Source: a virus (lineage: Duplodnaviria > Caudoviricetes). Taken from it: 41,331 bases of DNA. The notes under the pieces are model-generated. The model saw only the letters and a list, made by a program, of their open reading frames with translations. It made no database searches and was not told the DNA's origin. The stretch is from IMG/VR virus record IMGVR_UViG_3300042210_000071, positions 1-41,331 of that record; one strand, given 5' to 3'. How positions within the stretch are numbered: the first letter of the stretch is position 1; each line of letters starts with the position of its first letter. Below are positions 1 through 7,773 of the stretch, piece by piece. Position numbers and translations under genes: made by a program.

Positions 1-447
1 TTATTCTTTAACACTAACTATATTAAAATGAGTGTCGAAATAGAATCTTTTTTCGGCTAATATTAGGCCGCCTAATTGATTCTTTGCTCTATACTTGAAT
101 GTAGCACCAATTTCATCGATGGTTTTTTCTGAGACTGTGTCTAAAATGTTTTTATACCTCTCATACTCAGATAAATGTTTTGCGTATTGCTCTTTTCCGA
201 ATGCTGTTGTGTCATTTTTGTAATCATTTACCCATCCTTCATATAGTTTTTTGTATTTTAATGAAGACTCTTTTAAGTAAAAGGTGTCAATTTCCGATAC
301 AGAAACAAACTCATAACTATTTGGGTCGTTAAGGCTTTCAATTAATACCGGTTCAATAACTTCTTTGAACCTATCTTCAATTGTTGGATCATTTTTACAA
401 GAGAATATCACTGTTGTAAAAATTAAGAGTAAGAGTAATTTTTTCAT
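1..447 (-). CDS. Lipoprotein, hypothetical (possible superinfection-exclusion or lysogenic-conversion protein)
   Basis: MKK + hydrophobic core + lipobox IFS-C; downstream of and co-oriented with the repressor. Confidence 0.7.
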   Translation of the reverse strand: MKKLLLLLIFTTVIFSCKNDPTIEDRFKEVIEPVLIESLNDPNSYEFVSVSEIDTFYLKESSLKYKKLYEGWVNDYKNDTTAFGKEQYAKHLSEYERYKNILDTVSEKTIDEIGATFKYRAKNQLGGLILAEKRFYFDTHFNIVSVKE

Positions 448-503
448 AATTATGTGGTTTTTGGTGTTTTAAAAATTTATGTTAATTACTAAATATCATC
501 ATC

Positions 504-875
504 TCAACTATGCTGATAAGATTTTTTTTCGGCTTCCTTTATCTTTAAAGATTTCTCCAACTCATCTATCCGGTTCTCAAGCAGGGTTATTAATTTTTTT
601 TGAGTCTCTACTAAATCAGCACTACTACTGGCAGGAACCTCATGCCGCGAATCCGCATTCTTATACATTTCACCCTTGCCGGTAAGGAGCCACTCTGAAT
701 TTATTTGAGGATAATTTTCAATTATTTTCAAGAGCCATTTAGTTTGGATATCCGTGCTATTTCTCAAAGCCCTAGACAAAACGCCAGCACTCGCTCCTAT
801 AACGGTTTCGAGCTTAGTGATAGTAATGTTTTGACTATCAACTATTAATGAAATTCTATGTAAAATATCATTCAT
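504..875 (-). CDS. CI-like HTH repressor
   Basis: XRE-like HTH (ITKLETVIGASAGVLSRAL), INSEWLLTGKGEM signature, C-terminal coiled coil, divergent from a Cro-like gene; no S24 peptidase domain. Confidence 0.85.
   Translation of the reverse strand: MNDILHRISLIVDSQNITITKLETVIGASAGVLSRALRNSTDIQTKWLLKIIENYPQINSEWLLTGKGEMYKNADSRHEVPASSSADLVETQKKLITLLENRIDELEKSLKIKEAEKKSYQHS
708..723 (-). promoter_or_regulatory. Putative distal operator inside the repressor gene
   Basis: Exact reverse complement (16 bp) of AATTGAAAATTATCCT found twice in the switch region. Confidence 0.55.
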
Positions 876-877
876 AA

Positions 878-924
878 AATTGAAAATTATCCTTGAAATA
901 TTTTTTTAATTGAAAATTATCCTT
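878..924. promoter_or_regulatory. Two putative repressor operators
   Basis: Identical 17-mers AATTGAAAATTATCCTT at 878-894 and 908-924, pseudo-palindromic core GAWAATTWTC. Confidence 0.7.
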
Positions 925-932
925 TACATTTG
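925..932 (+). promoter_or_regulatory. Rightward (lytic) promoter -7 element
   Basis: TACATTTG matches the Bacteroidota TAnnTTTG consensus, immediately next to operator 2. Confidence 0.6.
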
Positions 933-946
933 TTTTGTAATTGAAA

Positions 947-954
947 CAAAAATA
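947..954 (-). promoter_or_regulatory. Leftward (repressor) promoter -7 element
   Basis: Minus strand TATTTTTG matches TAnnTTTG. Confidence 0.5.
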
Positions 955-963
955 ATAATAAAA

Positions 964-1182
964 ATGAACTTGTCAGAGGAAACTATACAAATTTTGAGAG
1001 ATCCCAAAAATGAATCTATCAAATCTGAACTCATCCGAGCCACAAAAAAAAGCTACCCGACCATTTGTCGGTGGATTACAACAAACAGCGTACAGCTCAC
1101 GCAGAAAGCCTGCCTGATAGTGCTTACGCGAGAACTCGGCGTGTCCGAGGAAGAACTTTTTGAAACCGAAAAAACCAATTAG
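964..1182 (+). CDS. Cro-like HTH regulator
   Basis: 72 aa from ATG 964 after an A-rich leader; HTH-like KSELIRATKKSYPTICRW; divergent from the repressor. Confidence 0.7.
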   Translation: MNLSEETIQILRDPKNESIKSELIRATKKSYPTICRWITTNSVQLTQKACLIVLTRELGVSEEELFETEKTN

Positions 1183-1184
1183 TC

Positions 1185-1391
1185 ATGAAAGCAACTGTTA
1201 CAAGAAAAACATTCGCAGGGAATATTATTTACGAAAAGGAATTTCAATTTGAATCTTCCGCTCAATCGCACTTTGATGAGCTTGCGGGCAAACTTCGAAC
1301 AAGTGAGTTCTATCACTCAGGATGTGTTGGTTCAATACACCTCATTGTTGACGGAAAACATGAAAGAAGGTCATTATGGGAAATAGTGTAG
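1185..1391 (+). CDS. Hypothetical early protein
   Basis: ORF tightly packed in the early operon. Confidence 0.6.
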   Translation: MKATVTRKTFAGNIIYEKEFQFESSAQSHFDELAGKLRTSEFYHSGCVGSIHLIVDGKHERRSLWEIV

Positions 1392-1591
1392 TAATATCTC
1401 GAAAAGAATTTGACAGGTTGCAATTTCATTTGAAATCACTCGATGAGCTGCTCAATAAAATGGAACCCGTAGAAGAGCAAAAGAAACCCATAAAACCAAA
1501 AAGGGTTTCATTCAAAAAAGGCGTGGAAAATTACAAGGCACTTATCGAGTCCGGGCAAAAAAGAAAACCGCCCAAGCACCTCGAAAAATAA
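1376..1591 (+). CDS. Hypothetical early protein (basic)
   Basis: ORF overlapping the previous gene, same strand. Confidence 0.6.
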   Translation: MGNSVVISRKEFDRLQFHLKSLDELLNKMEPVEEQKKPIKPKRVSFKKGVENYKALIESGQKRKPPKHLEK

Positions 1592-1650
1592 AAAGCCACC
1601 CGCTGTAACGGATGGCCATTAAACAATGTTCAATCAAAAAATCGAAACAA

Positions 1651-1872
1651 ATGTACTTAAAAAAAATCTCAATCGGAAATCCTTTAATCAACTTTCAAAT
1701 GTGGGAAGAATTGGACGAGTATGAAAAAATAACAACGGACGAAGAACTCGCCGCTTTTCATCATAAGCTGCTCAACAATTGCCCGGAAGAAAGGACAACG
1801 CTCATCGGGTTTATTTACGCGATGATAGCTTACTCGACAGGTGTCAACATTAACCCTCAAGTGCTTATCTGA
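1651..1872 (+). CDS. Hypothetical protein
   Basis: ATG 1651 after an A-rich leader; stop overlaps the next start (TGATG). Confidence 0.6.
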   Translation: MYLKKISIGNPLINFQMWEELDEYEKITTDEELAAFHHKLLNNCPEERTTLIGFIYAMIAYSTGVNINPQVLI

Positions 1873-2027
1873 TGGAAATGATTATCACCTACGAAAACAG
1901 CAGATGGCTTGTCAACGGCAAGCGGCTGCAAGACCTCAACCACGATGAAGTTAACTTTTTAGATGACTTCTTCCGCGAGATGAAAAGGGAATTTGAAAAT
2001 CAAGAATCTTTAACTGAATCAAAATGA
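1872..2027 (+). CDS. Small hypothetical protein (51 aa, not in ORF track)
   Basis: MEMIITYENSRWLVNGKRLQDL...; start and stop both coupled to neighbours (TGATG, ATGA). Confidence 0.65.
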   Translation: MEMIITYENSRWLVNGKRLQDLNHDEVNFLDDFFREMKREFENQESLTESK

Positions 2028-2149
2028 AAACAACAAAGCAAATCTTATTTATGATTGTCGCCGCATGCCTCATCGCCATCGTTGTAGCAGGAATCGGCTA
2101 CACGGTGTACGAAATCATTACGAATCATCAAAACATCACTTGGCCATGA
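2024..2149 (+). CDS. Small single-TM membrane protein (41 aa, not in ORF track)
   Basis: MKTTKQILFMIVAACLIAIVVAGIGYTVYEII...; ATGA overlaps at both ends. Confidence 0.65.
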   Translation: MKTTKQILFMIVAACLIAIVVAGIGYTVYEIITNHQNITWP

Positions 2150-2373
2150 AAAAACACATCATCCGCTGGCTTGTTGCCGGCACTGTTCTAAGTTGGCTCA
2201 TTGCCCTCGCCATCGCGATGCGTTTGATCTATTGCGGAGACCTCTACGACTGGGAAGACAACCGATTTACTGCAATGCTTTTTTTCGCACTCTTTCCACC
2301 ACTCTGTTGGTTTATGGCCATCATCGTGACAGCAGGAGATGACTATCACGTGTGGGACAGGCACATCGTTTGA
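2146..2373 (+). CDS. Two-TM membrane protein; probably the 5' part of a gene split by a cassette
   Basis: ATGA-coupled start at 2146; two hydrophobic segments; the stop codon lies inside the inserted cassette. Confidence 0.65.
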   Translation: MKKHIIRWLVAGTVLSWLIALAIAMRLIYCGDLYDWEDNRFTAMLFFALFPPLCWFMAIIVTAGDDYHVWDRHIV

Positions 2374-2489
2374 TTATATGAAACGGTGGGAATTTGACGC
2401 GCTACATTTCCGAAACCGTAAACAGTTAATTAGTGCAAGTGGGCTAAAAAGACACACAACACCCCACTGTTTTATATAATGTGTTGTGT
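2361..2489 (-). other. attC-like recombination site (129 bp)
   Basis: Minus strand: R''-like ACACAAC, long inverted arms, hybrid R' G|ATGTGC; original R' GTTGTGT at 2725-2719. Confidence 0.65.
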
Positions 2490-2724
2490 GCAGTACTTTA
2501 TGAAGACTTATATATTAATTAACAAAGAAACAAATAGTTACATTGGAGTTGACCGAAATAGTGGTGGATACCCTTATGATACCGACCACTTAGGCAGTGC
2601 GAAAATCTGGTACAATAAAAATGATGCAAAGGGATATGCAGATACATTTCCAAATAAAAAACTAATATTACATGAGGTTACAGTTAGCAATGAACCGTGT
2701 GCGTGGGTTTAGTATTGCACACAA
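2367..2724 (-). mobile_element. Integron-like gene cassette (358 bp) with attC-like site
   Basis: 18-bp stem 2373-2390/2463-2480; 15-bp inverted repeat 2483-2497/2711-2725; joining the ends rebuilds one long hairpin; removal restores a reading frame. Confidence 0.7.
2500..2712 (+). CDS. Cassette-borne hypothetical protein (70 aa)
   Basis: ATG 2500 and TAG 2710-2712 fill the space between the 15-bp inverted repeats almost exactly; AT-rich. Confidence 0.7.
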   Translation: MKTYILINKETNSYIGVDRNSGGYPYDTDHLGSAKIWYNKNDAKGYADTFPNKKLILHEVTVSNEPCAWV

Positions 2725-2869
2725 CGAGCGAATTAAATGCCCCGAGTGCATGAAGAACTGTGAAGCTGAGGTTGTGAGAGCCGAGCCTTGGTATGTTTAT
2801 GTGCATGAGTGCGAGCATTGCGGCCATATAATCACTGAAAGCGAATGGGAAACAATTAAAAATCAATAA
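2725..2869 (+). pseudogene. Zinc-ribbon domain (CxxC...CxxC), 3' part of the cassette-split gene
   Basis: ERIKCPEC...HECEHCGHIITESEW; no convincing own start outside the cassette; in frame with 2146-2366 once the cassette is removed. Confidence 0.55.
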
Positions 2870-2877
2870 ATCATGAA
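2851..2877 (+). repeat. 27-bp direct repeat, copy 1
   Basis: AACAATTAAAAATCAATAAATCATGAA, identical to 7747-7773. Confidence 0.9.
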
Positions 2878-4906
2878 AAAAATCACAATCAAAACCATGG
2901 CCCTTACCAACTTCAAGGGCATCAGAAGCCTAACCATAGACTTCAACGAAAAAACAACCGATATTTTCGGGGCGAACGGAACAGGTAAGACTACCATTAT
3001 CGATGCTTTCACCTGGCTGCTATTCGGGAAAGACTCTACTGACAGGCAGTCGTTTGAGATTAAGACCCTAACAGATGGTAATGTTGCCATTCCTAAAATC
3101 GAACACGAAGTAGAAGCCTTGATTTCGATAGATGGGAAGGACGTTCGGGTCAAAAGAACGCTTCGGGAGAAATGGATAACAAAAAGAGGGAGCGCTGAAT
3201 CGGAATTCTCAGGAAACGAAACGCTTTATCATTGGAACGATGTGCCTGTAAACGCAGGTGAGTTTTCTGATAAAATTGCTTCTGTTATCGATGAGAAACT
3301 ATTCAAGCTTATCACAAGCCCGGCGGTTTTTAACTCTCTTAAATGGCAGGATCAGCGCCAAGTATTGATTGGCATGGTAGGTGAAGTGAGCGATGAGTCG
3401 ATAGCCGAATCAGATGCTGACTTCAAAGCATTGCTTGCAGATCTTGAAGATTCAGGCAAGACGCTACTTGAGCTTGAAACGCAAACAAAAGCATCGCTCA
3501 GGAAAGCAAAGGACGAGTTGAAGTCCATCCCTACACGCATCGATGAAGTCGAGCGTGGGAAGCCGGAACCAGTCGATACTGATGCGCTTGGGATTCAGTT
3601 GAATGACAAAATCAGAGAACGAGCAGCACTCAATGAGCAGATAAGCGATGAGCTTAGTGCCAATGCGGCTCACAACGAAAAGAAAAAAGAGCTTCAAAAC
3701 AGAATTTACAACCTCGAACGCGAGATAGCAGAGCGCGAGCGCGCACATCAAAGAACAGCAGACGAGCAGGTGCAATCAGCACTTGCCGGGCCTAAGAAGC
3801 TACAATTTGAAATCAACAAGCTGAGCGAGAAATTAGCTACTTACAAAATCGAGATTGAAACCCTCAACAATAAATTAGGTAACAAAAAGAGCTTAGTTTC
3901 TCAGTTGGATATCGAGATAGTTAACCTCAGAAATTCTTGGGAACAAAAGAATGCTGAGGCATTTCACATGGATGATAAAGATTGCGCTTGCCCAACTTGT
4001 GGTCGCGATTTTGACGCAGACAAGATTGAGGCTAAGCGGGAGGAACTCAAAACCCGATTCTTGGAGTTAAAGAATTTTGATCTCCAAAAAATAAACAATA
4101 AAGGAGTCGGCCTGGCATCAGAAAAGAAAGACATTGAGGCGGAGATTAAGGCTCTTGAAGAACGCATCGCCAAAGGCAAGGATGTCATCAAAGAAAACGA
4201 AGATGAATTAAAGTCGTTGGTTGCGAGTCAATCCAATAACACAGCCGTACCAGACTACAATGAGATATATACTACATTGCGCTCAGGCGATGCGGTAATA
4301 AAATCACTGTCTTTAGAGATAGAGAATTTGCGTGCAGACATGAATGTTCAGGCCTCCACAGATAGAGAAGATTTGAAAGCGAAACTTTCAGCCGTTCAAT
4401 CAGATATTGACAGAATTAAAAGCCTGCTTACGAATGACACGCTCATCCGTTCAGCAGAGGTCAGAATCTCCCAACTGAAAGAACAAGAGCAATCCCTTGC
4501 GCAAACGATAGCAGACTTCGAGAAGCTTCAGTTCACAATTGAACGTTTCATCAAAGCCAAAATGGAAGCTTTAGAGACCACAATCAACTCTCGTTTTGAG
4601 CGTGTAAAATTCAAACTCTTTGAAACACAGATAAACGGTGGTGAGGTACCAACTTGTAAGGCATTGATAAACGGCGTTCCTTTTAGCGATGCAAATACTG
4701 CATCAAAAATAAATGCCGGCATTGATATCATCAACTCACTGTGTGGTTATTACAACGTTTCCGCGCCTATTTTCATAGACAATCGGGAGTCAGTTACCGA
4801 CATCATCCCCACAGCTTCTCAAATCGTCAACCTCATCGTGTCTCCGCAAGACAATCGGCTCCGGGTTGAAGCTTCCGGGAAACGTCAATTTGAATTATCA
4901 ATTTAA
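2873..4906 (+). CDS. SMC/SbcC-like AAA ATPase (phage recombination module)
   Basis: NFKG, Walker A GANGTGKT, long coiled coil with central CPTCG hook, C-terminal PIFIDNRE Walker B. Confidence 0.85.
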   Translation: MKKITIKTMALTNFKGIRSLTIDFNEKTTDIFGANGTGKTTIIDAFTWLLFGKDSTDRQSFEIKTLTDGNVAIPKIEHEVEALISIDGKDVRVKRTLREKWITKRGSAESEFSGNETLYHWNDVPVNAGEFSDKIASVIDEKLFKLITSPAVFNSLKWQDQRQVLIGMVGEVSDESIAESDADFKALLADLEDSGKTLLELETQTKASLRKAKDELKSIPTRIDEVERGKPEPVDTDALGIQLNDKIRERAALNEQISDELSANAAHNEKKKELQNRIYNLEREIAERERAHQRTADEQVQSALAGPKKLQFEINKLSEKLATYKIEIETLNNKLGNKKSLVSQLDIEIVNLRNSWEQKNAEAFHMDDKDCACPTCGRDFDADKIEAKREELKTRFLELKNFDLQKINNKGVGLASEKKDIEAEIKALEERIAKGKDVIKENEDELKSLVASQSNNTAVPDYNEIYTTLRSGDAVIKSLSLEIENLRADMNVQASTDREDLKAKLSAVQSDIDRIKSLLTNDTLIRSAEVRISQLKEQEQSLAQTIADFEKLQFTIERFIKAKMEALETTINSRFERVKFKLFETQINGGEVPTCKALINGVPFSDANTASKINAGIDIINSLCGYYNVSAPIFIDNRESVTDIIPTASQIVNLIVSPQDNRLRVEASGKRQFELSI

Positions 4907-4923
4907 TCAATAAATCCAATATT

Positions 4924-5934
4924 ATGAGTACATCAAAAGCTGTGGCCAACGTGGCCACAGAAAACAACCCGTCAGAGCGGTTCACCATGGCCGTCATTAA
5001 AGAATTCCCAACAGGCCTCAGCAAAGAGCCTATTCAGCTGACTATATTTCAGCGGAAACTCATTCAGAATTATTTCATCAAAATTGATTCTGTTTTGAAA
5101 GACGCAGAAGTTAAAAGGCTTGCAAAAAGCGAACAGTACAGAGATGCTTTGGAGTTCTCTTGGCAAAACGTGAACATGCACAAGCTTGCACTCGATGTAG
5201 TGGCTTATTCAAGCATTGGTTTGGATCCGCTTCAGAACAACCACATCCATCCGATTCCGTACAAAAACAACAAAACGAATAAGTACGACATCGTGCTGAT
5301 GGAAGGGTACAACGGATTGGAATTGAAGGCGCGCAAATATGGCTACGACGTACCGGATGAAGTCATATTTGAGTTGAAGTATTCCGGGGATCGTTTCAAA
5401 TCTCAAAAGAAAGGCTTGAACGTGCCTGTTGAGAGTTACACATTCGAGATAGGGGACGACTTCAACAGAGGCGATCTCGAGGGCGGCTTCTATTACATGA
5501 TCTTCAGGGATAATCCTGAAAAAAATAAGCTTGTTGTTTTGAGCAGAAAGCAAATTGAAAAACGTAAACCAGCCTACGCATCTGCTGAATTTTGGGGCGG
5601 CGAAAAAGACAAATGGGAGAATGGTAAGAAATCCGGAAAGGAGCAAGTAGAAGGATGGGAAGAGGAAATGTTTATGAAGACTTTGAAACGTCATTGCTGG
5701 AATTCTATCAACATCGACAGCCAAAAGATTGACGATCATCTTGTGCGTATTTTAGAAAGCGAAGCCCAGGCGCATGACCGAGCTGTCGAGGTTGAAATTT
5801 CTGAAAACGCCAATAAAAAAGAGCTTCAGATGAATGTCACGGAAGATCGTAAGCTCGAGCCAAAGTCACAAGCTGAAGCTTTCGAAGTGCCGGAATCAGA
5901 AAAACAGATTACATCTCAAATGCCTGGTTTCTAA
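4924..5934 (+). CDS. recT: RecT-family single-strand annealing protein
   Basis: IGLDP..N.IHPIPY, GYNGL and EEMFMKTLKR motifs; lies between the ATPase and a nuclease. Confidence 0.75.
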   Translation: MSTSKAVANVATENNPSERFTMAVIKEFPTGLSKEPIQLTIFQRKLIQNYFIKIDSVLKDAEVKRLAKSEQYRDALEFSWQNVNMHKLALDVVAYSSIGLDPLQNNHIHPIPYKNNKTNKYDIVLMEGYNGLELKARKYGYDVPDEVIFELKYSGDRFKSQKKGLNVPVESYTFEIGDDFNRGDLEGGFYYMIFRDNPEKNKLVVLSRKQIEKRKPAYASAEFWGGEKDKWENGKKSGKEQVEGWEEEMFMKTLKRHCWNSINIDSQKIDDHLVRILESEAQAHDRAVEVEISENANKKELQMNVTEDRKLEPKSQAEAFEVPESEKQITSQMPGF

Positions 5935-6668
5935 TGCAACTTAAAATCATCGGTACCGGATCTAAAGGAAATGCTTACCTCCTCGAAAACGAGGAGGAAG
6001 CACTCATCATCGAGTGTGGAGTTCCTTTTAAAGAAATTAAGAAGGCCATCGACTTCAACTTTAAAAAGTTGCAAGGATGCATTTTAACGCATGAGCATAA
6101 TGACCACGCCATGAGCGCAAACGATCTGTTATCATCGGGCGTGTATGTTTGGGCGACCGAGAAAACGCATGAAGCTTTAGGTACCTTGATGCATCACAGG
6201 GCATGTATGTTACAAAGATTCAACACAGACACGTTTATCGGCAATTTCAAAGTGATGCCGTTCGACGTTAAGCATGACGCGGCGGATCCGTGCGGCTTTC
6301 TTATCTACCATCCAGATACCGGCACAATCTTATTCATAACCGACACTTCTTACTGCAAGTATCGATTTGACAACCTCAACAACATCATAATTGAGGCCAA
6401 TTACGACACGGCAATTGCAAAGAAAAAACTTTCAGAAATGGAGTTCCTACGCAACCGAATCATACAATCGCATATGAGCTTAGACACCTGTGTTAATCTC
6501 CTTAACGCGAATGATCTGTCTAAGGTAAATAATATTGTACTGATACATTTATCTGACAGCAATAGCGATGAGCAGGCATTTAAGAAGCGTGTGTCAGACG
6601 AAACCGGAAAGAACGTGACGGTGGCCAGCAACGGTATGGAAATCAATTTTAATAAAACACCTTTTTAA
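5934..6668 (+). CDS. Metallo-beta-lactamase-fold hydrolase (YycJ-like exonuclease)
   Basis: GTGSKGN, THEHNDH, HDA, TDT, IEANY, HMS and HLS motifs. Confidence 0.9.
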   Translation: MQLKIIGTGSKGNAYLLENEEEALIIECGVPFKEIKKAIDFNFKKLQGCILTHEHNDHAMSANDLLSSGVYVWATEKTHEALGTLMHHRACMLQRFNTDTFIGNFKVMPFDVKHDAADPCGFLIYHPDTGTILFITDTSYCKYRFDNLNNIIIEANYDTAIAKKKLSEMEFLRNRIIQSHMSLDTCVNLLNANDLSKVNNIVLIHLSDSNSDEQAFKKRVSDETGKNVTVASNGMEINFNKTPF

Positions 6669-6678
6669 AACCACAGTC

Positions 6679-6876
6679 ATGACTTTCACTCCCGAAGAGA
6701 CAACTAAACTCAAAGCTATGATGCTTTACCTCGTAAAAAAGAAACACTCTGAAAGCGGTGGAAACTGTGGCTTTAGCTTGGTTGATTTGGTTTCAATTTT
6801 GGAAGAATTGGAAACCGAAGGAATCATTAAATCAAGACCAACAATCGGTCAAAACAGATATTTTTTAACAACTTAA
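6679..6876 (+). CDS. Hypothetical protein (possible winged helix)
   Basis: Small in-operon ORF; LEELETEGIIKSR resembles a wHTH. Confidence 0.55.
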   Translation: MTFTPEETTKLKAMMLYLVKKKHSESGGNCGFSLVDLVSILEELETEGIIKSRPTIGQNRYFLTT

Positions 6877-6886
6877 TTTTTTAATC

Positions 6887-7438
6887 ATGCAAATCGAAAT
6901 CACAAAAGCAGTTATCAAAAGCAGAATTCTATTGTCTTATGAGTATAATAGAAAAATCGGTGATGTCCGAGAAAAAATCAGCACCAATTCTGATGCACCA
7001 ATCCATCCTGATTTACAGGAATGCTTTCAGGCTTTTATCCCTCACTTCGCGTTGCTTACTGAGGAGGTAAAATCAGAGGATGTCAAGAATGCTATTACCG
7101 TTGGTGAGCAATCATTAGGAGAGATTGAAAAACTTTCAAAATTCGATGTTGCCGGTGTCTCTGTTTCAGGAACTGACGATGCCGAGGGCATCACTATAAT
7201 GGGACAAAAAACGCTTTCCTCAGGTAAAAAAATCAATTTCAACACACCTTTCACCCGGTTGTTCGATGATTCAACACCTTATGCCTATCAGCAAGAACTA
7301 TCCGAGGCATTATCTAAGTTGAAAGAGGAAGTAATTCTATACATGGAAGGAAAACAAGCCGAAAAAGCTCAGACAGAATTTGATTTCGGAGAGGACTCCG
7401 GCGGGTTTGAATTAGTTTCTGACGATGATGCGGCTTAA
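6887..7438 (+). CDS. Hypothetical phage protein with acidic C-terminus
   Basis: 183-aa in-operon ORF. Confidence 0.7.
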   Translation: MQIEITKAVIKSRILLSYEYNRKIGDVREKISTNSDAPIHPDLQECFQAFIPHFALLTEEVKSEDVKNAITVGEQSLGEIEKLSKFDVAGVSVSGTDDAEGITIMGQKTLSSGKKINFNTPFTRLFDDSTPYAYQQELSEALSKLKEEVILYMEGKQAEKAQTEFDFGEDSGGFELVSDDDAA

Positions 7439-7637
7439 CAGGGGCGGCCGTAAATACAGAAAGATGTTAGGTTATTTGGACAGCCAGTCAATTGTCATAA
7501 GCATTGTAAGACAGGCGCCTAAAGAATACCTGTTATGCAGAAACGGCGAAGTCGTCAAGCAATACAAGCAACGAGCGAGTTGCAATAAAATCATTGAAAA
7601 ATTATACAATCAACATTATGGAAGATCAAGTGTGTAG
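7425..7637 (+). CDS. Hypothetical basic protein
   Basis: Overlaps both neighbours, same strand. Confidence 0.55.
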   Translation: MMRLNRGGRKYRKMLGYLDSQSIVISIVRQAPKEYLLCRNGEVVKQYKQRASCNKIIEKLYNQHYGRSSV

Positions 7638-7746
7638 AGTCTGCGGATGCACTGACTATGATTGCTCGGGATGCATCGAAAGAACAGGAACAGCGTGCCA
7701 TTGGGTAGAAGATGACCTATGCAGCGCATGCGCAAGTCAAGTTTAG
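7618..7746 (+). CDS. Small Cys-rich protein (42 aa, 8 Cys; not in ORF track)
   Basis: MEDQVCRVCGCTDYDCSGCIERTGTACHWVEDDLCSACASQV; fills the gap before the ParB gene. Confidence 0.7.
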   Translation: MEDQVCRVCGCTDYDCSGCIERTGTACHWVEDDLCSACASQV

Positions 7747-7773
7747 AACAATTAAAAATCAATAAATCATGAA
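7747..7773 (+). repeat. 27-bp direct repeat, copy 2
   Basis: Identical to 2851-2877. Confidence 0.9.

Noticed and set aside
1595-1616. Terminator-like hairpin GCCACCCG/CGGATGGC
   Set aside because: Mismatch in the stem and no U tract
2720-2776. Second attC (CACAAC...GTTGTG)
   Set aside because: No convincing internal arms; the sequence is explained by zinc-ribbon coding
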